DNA of 18,472 nucleotides from Promethearchaeota archaeon (lineage in GTDB: Archaea > Asgardarchaeota > Lokiarchaeia > Sigyniarchaeales > SOKP01), in NCBI GenBank assembly GCA_048938895.1, contig JBHLLU010000069.1:1-18472 (forward strand), read 5' to 3'. The notes under the pieces are model-generated. The model was not told the origin of the DNA and ran no database searches. It saw nothing but the letters and a program-made list of their open reading frames with translations. Shown piece by piece: positions 9,243 to 16,925 of the stretch (positions are counted from its first letter, which is position 1; each line of letters begins with the position of its first letter). The translations under genes were made by a program, and so were the position numbers.

Positions 9243-9497
9243 ATGACCAAAGGTACCGTTAAGTGGTTTAATAGCAAGAAAGGCTATGGGTTTATAACAC
9301 CTGATGATGGTTCCGCAGATGTATTCGTTCACTATTCCGCAATTAAAGGGGATAGCGATGAATTCAGAATTATCTATGAAGGAGACATCGTGGAGTATCA
9401 AATCACAGAAGGTAAGAAAGGACCTCAAGCTAGTGATGTGAAAGTCACTCAAAAAGGACCTCGAGTGAACTCACGTGGCCGAAAATCATTTTACTAA
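9243..9497 (+). CDS. cspA: Cold-shock domain protein (CspA family) with basic C-terminal tail
   Basis: GTVKWFN, RNP1 KGYGFI, RNP2 [26 protein letters not shown]. Confidence 0.95.
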   Translation: MTKGTVKWFNSKKGYGFITPDDGSADVFVHYSAIKGDSDEFRIIYEGDIVEYQITEGKKGPQASDVKVTQKGPRVNSRGRKSFY

Positions 9498-9624
9498 TAA
9501 AAAGTATTATTAGTAAAACATAATAGTAAGAGTAATAATAAGAATTAGGAATTTTGCAAGATAAAAAATATATAGTAAGGGGGTGCTAATCTACTTTTCT
9601 CGTTTATTTTAAGTCTTACATATT

Positions 9625-9643
9625 CCCTTTTTTTTTATTTTTT
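9625..9643 (+). terminator. Putative oligo-T terminator downstream of cspA
   Basis: CCC followed by T9-A-T6 in the convergent intergenic gap. Archaeal intrinsic terminators are U-tracts. Confidence 0.45.
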
Positions 9644-9681
9644 AACTTAAAGCTAAATTAATTTGCTAAAAAAATTAAATT

Positions 9682-10812
9682 TTATAATAGCATTTGCGTA
9701 AAGGTTTTATTTCCTATAAGTTGTTTATCTGGAGGGATCTCATCTCGCACTTTTACCATTTTAATGGCATCAGAAGGGCAATTTGCAGCACATATCCCAC
9801 ATCCAATGCATAATTCACCTCTTAATGCCATTTTTTCATCTGAAGAATCAGTTTCCACTGGAAATAGGTGATAAATAGCCTCATTTGGACATTTTCTCAT
9901 GCATGTTTCACATTTTGTACAGAGATCAATATTAAAGGTAGGAATATAATTAGAAGGATAAACACCTCTATCGTGAAATAACTTTGCAGGAAATAAAGCT
10001 CCACAGTGACAACTACAACAATTACAGAAAAAATTCGAGGATTCAAAACCTTTGTCAAAAATAGCATTATGGACTAAACCTCTTTTTTCAGATTCTTTAA
10101 GAAATTCAATAGTTTCTTCTTTATTCATCATCTTCGCCCCACGAATACCAATATTTACCATCATTTGAGCTGCTGGACCTGCTACTAAACATCCCATATC
10201 AGCAGGTGCGACTTCACAAGGTTCACCAGATAACTCTCCAATTAAACGACATTGACAGGTAATAGAACAAAATTGATCATGTTTATTTATTAAGTTCATC
10301 ACAGTCTCATAAGGTAATGTTTGAGATTGAACGTCAAACTCTTTATTAATTTCAATTAATTTTTCATTTGCTTCAACAGGAAGAAGTGGACGAAAGAGCT
10401 TCCACTTCATTTCATGAGCTTGTTGGGGTATAACTTCCTTCATAAGATCTCTGTATAATATAGCAGCACGTTTTAAATTTTCTTCAGTATCATTACTCCT
10501 TTGAAAATATTTTTCAAAAATCCCTGGGATGATAGGCTCAAGACAATATTTTGATCCTGACCTAGTAATTGTTCCATTTTTAACCGAACGTGATAAAAGT
10601 TTCTTGATTTCATCTTTGGGGATACCGGATCTTTCTTCTAATTGTCTTAATGAATTGTACTTATCAGCAGTCTCAAAGTGAGAAATTAATTTAATCTCAT
10701 CTTCATTCCAAAATACTTTCATTAAATTTTTGATTTTTTTATGTTTTGGAGATTTCAAAGGCCCCAACACTAATTTTCGTCTGACTATTTCATAATGATC
10801 TGTTTCTACCAT
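9682..10812 (-). CDS. 4Fe-4S dicluster protein with putative N-terminal winged-helix region and Cys-rich middle domain
   Basis: Two ferredoxin motifs, CTKCETCMRKCP and CIGCGICAANCP. Middle domain CQCR...C...C...GLVH...CNCCSCHC. N-terminal SLRQLEERSGIPKDEIKKLL...KNGTI is HTH-like. ATG at 10812 (MVETDHY) preferred over GTG at 10851. Confidence 0.85.
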   Translation of the reverse strand: MVETDHYEIVRRKLVLGPLKSPKHKKIKNLMKVFWNEDEIKLISHFETADKYNSLRQLEERSGIPKDEIKKLLSRSVKNGTITRSGSKYCLEPIIPGIFEKYFQRSNDTEENLKRAAILYRDLMKEVIPQQAHEMKWKLFRPLLPVEANEKLIEINKEFDVQSQTLPYETVMNLINKHDQFCSITCQCRLIGELSGEPCEVAPADMGCLVAGPAAQMMVNIGIRGAKMMNKEETIEFLKESEKRGLVHNAIFDKGFESSNFFCNCCSCHCGALFPAKLFHDRGVYPSNYIPTFNIDLCTKCETCMRKCPNEAIYHLFPVETDSSDEKMALRGELCIGCGICAANCPSDAIKMVKVRDEIPPDKQLIGNKTFTQMLL

Positions 10813-10903
10813 ACTCAATAATATGATAGTTTTGTTTAAAAGTTTAATCACGTAAGAGTTTAGAGTAGATATCTTTTATACCAAAAAATAAAATATAAGA
10901 TTT

Positions 10904-10916
10904 AAAAAAAGGGGGA
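10904..10916 (-). terminator. Putative oligo-T terminator downstream of the flavin reductase gene
   Basis: Minus strand reads TCCCCC-TTTTTTT, the same C-run + T-run layout as at 9625. Confidence 0.35.
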
Positions 10917-11013
10917 GTTAATTTTTTTACTAAATAGCGTGAACGCAACAACACTATTACAAAAAAGCCTTGCGAATTAAATTATTCTGAGATAATTCCT
11001 CACCTAATTGTCC

Positions 11014-11598
11014 TTATTCCTTTTTTAAATTTTTACCTATGCTAAAAGCATTACCTAGAAACTCACCAATTTTCCAATATTTATTATCAATTGAAAATAC
11101 AAATGGTTTTACTTTATTTATATCCGGGATTCCATTAGAAAGATAATATTCATCAGCATAGGCCCCGACTACTTTACCTATAAAGATTTCATGTCCTTTT
11201 TCTCCTTCAGACACTTCTTTTGTATTAAAACTTTTTACAACCTTACATTCTAAATTTATTGGGGCATGTTGTATCATGGGTGCTGTTTTCAAATCACCAT
11301 AAAAGACTTCAAAAACTTCTGATTTATCTACTTCTTTACCCGAAACAATCCCTACATAATCAGCAACTTCAACCATCTCCTCTGAGGGTATATTCACACT
11401 AAATGTTTGATTTTCTTTTATACCAATATTTGTATAATGATTTTCAAATGTAGATATCATTATTAGAGGTGGTTTATATTCAACTACATTTATCCAAGCT
11501 AATGCCATAAATGTAGGTTTTCCTTTCACCATTGTTCCTATGAGGGATACAGGCATAGGATACACATATACTCCAGGGCGTATTTTATTTTTAGCCAT
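11014..11598 (-). CDS. Flavin reductase family protein (flavoredoxin-like)
   Basis: YPMPVSLIG, FMALAW, HYTNIGIKENQTFSVNIP, ADYVGIVSGKEVDKS, APMI..APINLECKV, HEIFIGKV. Confidence 0.9.
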   Translation of the reverse strand: MAKNKIRPGVYVYPMPVSLIGTMVKGKPTFMALAWINVVEYKPPLIMISTFENHYTNIGIKENQTFSVNIPSEEMVEVADYVGIVSGKEVDKSEVFEVFYGDLKTAPMIQHAPINLECKVVKSFNTKEVSEGEKGHEIFIGKVVGAYADEYYLSNGIPDINKVKPFVFSIDNKYWKIGEFLGNAFSIGKNLKKE

Positions 11599-11754
11599 TT
11601 TTAATCATCGAAATAATTTTTGATTTAGTTTATTCATTTATTTTATTTTTAGATTCATATTATACTGCGTAAAACTATCAAAATTAAAAAATCCATTTGA
11701 ATTCTTAAAATGAAGTAGTAATAAGAGATTTCATTTTATTTCATTTTCTCTAAA

Positions 11755-13275
11755 TTATAACTTATGAGTTTGTCCGTCTTCTAATAATATCGCATTATCA
11801 TAATTTGTTTTAAACCAATCTGGATTATCAGTATGAACAGGAATGATAACTTCAGGATCAACTGTATCAATTGCCCACATTAAATCTTTTTTAGATGCGT
11901 GACCTGATGCATGAAATCCTTTAGTAAAAATCGGTTTATCTTTACCCTTCTCTTCAATGATTTTAAAACCATAAATTTTAAAATTAAAGTAGCTAAGCCA
12001 ATTGTTTAATCTCACAAAATCAAATTCAGATTCTTCCTCAAAAGCTTCACTTGAAGAGTATATGTATGTTCCTGAGGGGGGTTTAATATCTAGTAAATTT
12101 TTCATATCAAAAAACGAGAAGCATATTATGAAATTCTCGGGATCTTTTGAAATCTCTTTTGGGTCTAAACTTTGGACATGTGGGTGATCATTAAGAAGAT
12201 GTGTTTCCCAATTTCTTTTAGTTGATTTAAGATCTTTGTATATATATAAATCTTTGATTCTATTAATCCCATCAACTTTTTCTAGGGCATTAAGTAGATA
12301 AGCATCTTTAGAGGGAATCACCAAAGATCTTCCTAGTTTTTTTGATATTCTCTGGAATGTTTCGAGCCTTTCAAAATTTCTAGGTGAAAAATCAGCAATA
12401 ATAAGTCCCTTTGCAATTTCAGCAATTCTTCGACAATTCTCATATACAATTTCCTCTGATTCGCTAATATCCTCTTTAGCGGTTCTTGTACCCTCAATTA
12501 TTAAAACCGAAGCATTCTTTGCCTCATTGATAAATTTCTCACTAAACTTTCCTCTTCTTCCATGTAAACGAAAATCACCGGTATAAGCAAAGGTAGTTTC
12601 ACCCGAGATCATATAAGCTGTTGTCCCAAATATTGAATGATCAATTTGATAGGGTGTTATTTTAAAAGTAAGTGGAAAATTCTTCAATTCACTCATAGTT
12701 CCTTCTTCGAATGAAGTTCTCTTTTTTACACGAGCATCAATAAAAGCTTTAAATTCTTCAGATATGTTTTCAGTACACACAAAATTCCTTCCGCGATCTT
12801 TGTTTCTTTCTGTTTCTAATAGTCTACCATCTCCTTTTTGTTTTTTAAGGGAAAAATATGCTACATCAGATCCTAGCGTAGTTTTAGAGCAATCTAAAAT
12901 TCCTTTAAGCAAAACTAAAGTTAAGGGAGACAATATAATGGGATATTGAGGATTTAATAACCCTATATTACCAAAGTGATCCATATGTGCATGAGTAAGT
13001 ATAATTGCTTGAATATCTAAATGAGGGAATTTTGAAACCTCTAAATCTGAAGGAATTAAGTCTGTTCTATAAATATTAAGTTTTGGGATTAAGTCGAGAT
13101 GAATAAGATCATGGATTCCTCGATTTCCGCGAGAAGATAGAAATTCTTGGAAGTAGAGTCCATATTTTTTGAAGTTCAATCCAAAATCAAGAAAAATTCC
13201 TTTCTGATTTTCATTTATATAGATTTTATTACCTCCTATTGTTTTAGCTCCGTCATACACAGTTACAAAGGTCAT
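11755..13275 (-). CDS. Beta-CASP metallo-beta-lactamase nuclease, RNase J-like (copy 1)
   Basis: IGGNKI..FLDFG, THAHMDH, DHS, YTGDFRLHG, IEGT, HASGH, IIPVHT. Confidence 0.88.
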   Translation of the reverse strand: MTFVTVYDGAKTIGGNKIYINENQKGIFLDFGLNFKKYGLYFQEFLSSRGNRGIHDLIHLDLIPKLNIYRTDLIPSDLEVSKFPHLDIQAIILTHAHMDHFGNIGLLNPQYPIILSPLTLVLLKGILDCSKTTLGSDVAYFSLKKQKGDGRLLETERNKDRGRNFVCTENISEEFKAFIDARVKKRTSFEEGTMSELKNFPLTFKITPYQIDHSIFGTTAYMISGETTFAYTGDFRLHGRRGKFSEKFINEAKNASVLIIEGTRTAKEDISESEEIVYENCRRIAEIAKGLIIADFSPRNFERLETFQRISKKLGRSLVIPSKDAYLLNALEKVDGINRIKDLYIYKDLKSTKRNWETHLLNDHPHVQSLDPKEISKDPENFIICFSFFDMKNLLDIKPPSGTYIYSSSEAFEEESEFDFVRLNNWLSYFNFKIYGFKIIEEKGKDKPIFTKGFHASGHASKKDLMWAIDTVDPEVIIPVHTDNPDWFKTNYDNAILLEDGQTHKL

Positions 13276-13468
13276 ATTCCATTCATTTTCTTATTTGATT
13301 TCAAAATAATTTGTATTTTACCTATATTAAGTAAATACCTTCTCATTAATATGAATATGATGGGTTTAATTATCTTCTTTTTAACAATTATATGATATCA
13401 CTAACATTTTTATATTGAAGTATGGTTCTTGTAATCTAACCAAGAAAAACCAAAAGAGATGAACTTAA

Positions 13469-14941
13469 GTGGGATCTTCAGTTAAATTAACATTTTTTGG
13501 GGGAGTCAATAAAGTAGGTGGTAATAAGGTTCTATTAGAGGATTTTGTATATGATGTAAAAATTTTTATTGACTTTGGTATCAATTCGAGTGAATTTACC
13601 CAATTAAGAACAAAAAATCTTGATCCAGTTAACATTAAACTAATGACTCAAAATCATTTATTACCTCGAGAAGAAGACTTACCAATTCAGAATTTATATT
13701 CCAAGCATTTTATTTATGATCATAATAAATATAACTACCGTGATAAAGTAAGAAAATGTAAAAATAAAGTAGATCCTCCTTCGAATTTAGATGGAATTTT
13801 AATTTCACATCCACACAGAGATCATTACCAAGGACTTTCATTTATTAATAGGAATATACCGATTTATACGGGAGTTGTGTCTAAAAGAATAATAAAGGCA
13901 TCATCGTTATGCATTCCCCCTAAATTTGAAAATTTTCTCTATGGTTTGCATTGGATTCGCTTTAGAACAGGAAACGTAATTAATATCAAAAGACTGGAGA
14001 TATTTCCTGTTCATGTTGATCATTCAATCCCTGCAGCTTATGGTTTTATTATTTATACTTCATCAGGAATTATCGTGTATACAGGAGATTTTAGAATGCA
14101 TGGCCCCCTCCAATTTATGACAGCAGATTTAATTCAAAAGGCTAAAGATTTAAGTAAAGATAGAGGAGAAGAAATTAAACTATTAATTTGTGAAGGAACA
14201 CATGTAAACAAAGGAGCAATTGAATCTGAGAGAACTGTGAAACAGCATTTAAAAAAACTATTTAGCTATGAACTTTTCGATTACGTTCTAGTTCACTACG
14301 ACAGAGTAGATTGGGATAGGTTTAGAACATATGTAAATATTGCGAAAAAATATGATTGGAAGTATATAATTACTGAAAAAGATGCATATTTCTACAACCG
14401 GCTCAATGAAAAAGCGATTTATAACACGATGAAAGATCCTGATATTAAAGTCGATAAGAATATATTTGTTCTTTCTCAAAATGACACTAGTTTGCCTTGG
14501 AAAAAGCGCTTAAATGAATTTTTAGAGGGAGAAGATATGAAAGATAGGAGACTCGCATTAGATGATCTAAAGACTCTTGAAGGTCAGTTTTTTATTTATT
14601 TCGCATCAAACTGGGACTATAATAAAATAAAGAATTATTTACCATCAAACTTAAGGGGAACATTCATCTGTTCCAATGTTGATCCATATGCAGAAGATTA
14701 TAGATTTTATAAGAATAAAATTTCTAATGAGTTATTAGACAAAGGTATCCCATCGTATAGAATTCATTCTTCTGGTCATGCTAAAGTTCATGATATAATT
14801 AGATTTGTAAATGAAATCAACCCAGAAATTCTTATTCCGATACATACAAATTATCCGGAAGTTTTTGAAAAAATTTTCAGAAAAGAGGATATAAAAGTTA
14901 TTTTACCAACTCGAGAAGTCCCAATTGAATTAAATCGCTAA
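13469..14941 (+). CDS. Beta-CASP metallo-beta-lactamase nuclease, RNase J-like (copy 2)
   Basis: GGVNKVGGNKV..FIDFG, SHPHRDH, VDHS, YTGDFRMHG, CEGT, HSSGH, LIPIHT. GTG start. Confidence 0.88.
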   Translation: MGSSVKLTFFGGVNKVGGNKVLLEDFVYDVKIFIDFGINSSEFTQLRTKNLDPVNIKLMTQNHLLPREEDLPIQNLYSKHFIYDHNKYNYRDKVRKCKNKVDPPSNLDGILISHPHRDHYQGLSFINRNIPIYTGVVSKRIIKASSLCIPPKFENFLYGLHWIRFRTGNVINIKRLEIFPVHVDHSIPAAYGFIIYTSSGIIVYTGDFRMHGPLQFMTADLIQKAKDLSKDRGEEIKLLICEGTHVNKGAIESERTVKQHLKKLFSYELFDYVLVHYDRVDWDRFRTYVNIAKKYDWKYIITEKDAYFYNRLNEKAIYNTMKDPDIKVDKNIFVLSQNDTSLPWKKRLNEFLEGEDMKDRRLALDDLKTLEGQFFIYFASNWDYNKIKNYLPSNLRGTFICSNVDPYAEDYRFYKNKISNELLDKGIPSYRIHSSGHAKVHDIIRFVNEINPEILIPIHTNYPEVFEKIFRKEDIKVILPTREVPIELNR

Positions 14942-14992
14942 AATTTTTGCTTAATTTACAAAACTAGTATTTATCATACTATAAGAACATAC

Positions 14993-15000
14993 TTTAAATA
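14993..15000 (+). promoter_or_regulatory. TATA box for a probably leaderless MFS transcript
   Basis: TTTAAATA ends 23 bp before the ATG at 15024 and there is no SD-like sequence. The spacing fits archaeal leaderless mRNA. Confidence 0.5.
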
Positions 15001-15023
15001 CGTTAAAAAATAATACTCAAATC

Positions 15024-16253
15024 ATGTCTTCATCCCATAGCGAAGGAACTACAAAAATTAGTGGAAGTTCGCACATATTTTTACAGATTGTAATATACAT
15101 ACTTTTCTTTTTTGGTCCGTTAACTGGAAATGTTATACTGGTTTTGTTTCATACACTTTCAGAAGAATTTAGTATATCAATTAGTGCAGTTCAAATTGCA
15201 ATTCCAGCATTCATGTTTCCCTTTGCTATTACTCAACTTTTTTCTGGTGCAATTTCAGATATAAAAGGAAGATTTCCAGTATTGTTTGTAGGTCTGATAA
15301 TATTTGGAATTGCGATGTTAATTGCCACCTTATCCATATCTTTGGAATTATATGTGATTGCAAATATATTAGGGGGAATAGGGTTTGGTTTTATTAATCC
15401 AATATTAATTTCTTTAATGTCAGATATTACTGAACCACCAAATATCCCAAAAAAAATGGGATATCTCGGAGCAAGTGCTAATCTTGGAGTTGGTATTGGA
15501 CCGTTAATTGCATCACAAATGATTGAAATAGGCTGGCGTTCAATTTATATCTTATTTATAGGAATAACTTTATTTGGATTTATTTATATAGTATCTGTAA
15601 AAAGACCACCTCAAAAAGTTTTAGAAGAGTCTGGAATCCATCTTTTGTTTTCACAATTATCTATTGAAATACGTCGAGCCGTAGTTCTGATAATGATATT
15701 CTCAGCCCTTTTAATATCACACACCTATTTAGCGATTAACATTTGGACATCAAAAATACTTTCAGGACCTCCTCCAATAATAGATGAAAGTATTGTTGGA
15801 TTAGTGTTAGGTTTAGCAGGTATAGGTTCGGCTATAACGGGATTATTAACTGGTCTGATCATTAAAAAAAGAGGTGCATTAATCCCAATTATTATTGGTT
15901 CTTTCTTTTTAATTATATCCTTAGCAATTATCCTTTTAGTTGGTGATATTACACAGGAGGATGTTTTTACAATTTTAGCAATTGGCTGGATAGTTGCTGG
16001 CCTAGCAGGAGGAATTTTATTCCCTGTTTTAACGTATTATAGTCAAATTCTTTCACCAGAAAGACGAGGTGCCTTAGCGGGATTACTTACTGCGGGATAT
16101 TTTATAGGAATTGCTTTAGTTCCTTTTACTTTGGCCCCAGTATATGATGTGTTTGGGGTAACAGGTATTTATTTGTCTATATTAGTAGTATCGATATTTT
16201 TTGTCTTTATATTGTTTTTATTATATGTATTCGCAAAACGAGTCAAATATTAA
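15024..16253 (+). CDS. MFS transporter (drug:H+ antiporter-like)
   Basis: 409 aa, about 12 TM. Motif A SGAISDIKGRFPV, motif-C-like GVGIGPLIAS, IGWRSIY, and PERRGALAG in the second half. Confidence 0.9.
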   Translation: MSSSHSEGTTKISGSSHIFLQIVIYILFFFGPLTGNVILVLFHTLSEEFSISISAVQIAIPAFMFPFAITQLFSGAISDIKGRFPVLFVGLIIFGIAMLIATLSISLELYVIANILGGIGFGFINPILISLMSDITEPPNIPKKMGYLGASANLGVGIGPLIASQMIEIGWRSIYILFIGITLFGFIYIVSVKRPPQKVLEESGIHLLFSQLSIEIRRAVVLIMIFSALLISHTYLAINIWTSKILSGPPPIIDESIVGLVLGLAGIGSAITGLLTGLIIKKRGALIPIIIGSFFLIISLAIILLVGDITQEDVFTILAIGWIVAGLAGGILFPVLTYYSQILSPERRGALAGLLTAGYFIGIALVPFTLAPVYDVFGVTGIYLSILVVSIFFVFILFLLYVFAKRVKY

Positions 16254-16269
16254 TATATGTCCCAGAGAA

Positions 16270-16428
16270 TTACTGTTTAAATTTTTCTTTAATTCTTTTT
16301 TCTTTTACATTTAAAGATTCTTTTTCTTTTCTGATAATACTAAAAACATCTTTTTTGTTTAAGTTCTCTTTAAATGCCTTTTCAAGTTCATCATTTAATT
16401 CATCATCTGAAATTTCTTCTTTGTTCAC
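16270..16428 (-). CDS. Small highly charged hypothetical protein (52 aa), below the ORF-track cutoff
   Basis: GTG(16428) to TAA(16270): MNKEEISDDELNDELEKAFKENLNKKDVFSIIRKEKESLNVKEKRIKEKFKQ. Fills the gap between the cupin and the convergent MFS, with coding-like GAA/AAA periodicity. Confidence 0.6.
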   Translation of the reverse strand: MNKEEISDDELNDELEKAFKENLNKKDVFSIIRKEKESLNVKEKRIKEKFKQ

Positions 16429-16493
16429 ACTTAAAAAAGAGTTATTTAAAAATTAATAATTTTTTGAAGATTATTAATAGAATTCCCTATCAG

Positions 16494-16838
16494 TTATTTT
16501 TTTATTAATATTGAAGTTTTTATCATAATCAGCATCATCTTGAACTTTGTTGTTGCTTTCAATGCATGAGGTTCATTTGCAGGCATTATAATCATTTGTC
16601 CTTTCTTAACAATATGTGATTTCTTTGATATGATAATTTCAGCTTCTCCATCAAATACATAGACCAAAGCATCAAAAGGAGCAGTATGTTCACTTAGTCC
16701 TTCATCTTTATCAAAAGAAAATAACGTGACTGTACCCACATCTTTGTTGATTAATGTTCTACTAACAACAGCACCATTTTGATAATCCAGCAACTTCTCT
16801 AAATCAAAAACTTGTGCTATAATTTCTTTTTCACTCAT
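16494..16838 (-). CDS. Cupin domain protein
   Basis: YQNGAVVSRTLI, VTLFSFDKDEGLSEHTAPFDA, GEAEI, MPANEPHAL (cupin-2 beta-barrel). Confidence 0.9.
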   Translation of the reverse strand: MSEKEIIAQVFDLEKLLDYQNGAVVSRTLINKDVGTVTLFSFDKDEGLSEHTAPFDALVYVFDGEAEIIISKKSHIVKKGQMIIMPANEPHALKATTKFKMMLIMIKTSILIKK

Positions 16839-16868
16839 ATAATTCTCATCTATTCAAAATTATTGTCT

Positions 16869-16897
16869 ATCTTCCTAAAGGAAGATTACTATATAAA
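16869..16897 (-). promoter_or_regulatory. TATA box plus adjacent palindromic operator candidate upstream of the cupin gene
   Basis: Minus strand reads TTTATATA (16897-16890), then GTA, then ATCTTCCT-TT-AGGAAGAT (16886-16869), a perfect 8-2-8 inverted repeat. Confidence 0.6.
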
Positions 16898-16925
16898 TCT
16901 AAATTAGAACATGTTTTAAAAAAAT

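Noticed and set aside
9237-9452. 71-aa minus-strand ORF
   Set aside because: Antisense shadow of cspA.
11706-11749. TAAAATGAA/TTCATTTTA inverted repeat and ATTTCATTTT tandem duplication
   Set aside because: Very AT-rich and short, so plausible by chance. Not a CRISPR or transposon end.
12002-14479. Short ORFs 12002-12187, 12764-12949, 13147-13395 and 14288-14479
   Set aside because: Antisense to or overlapping the two beta-CASP genes, with no independent support.
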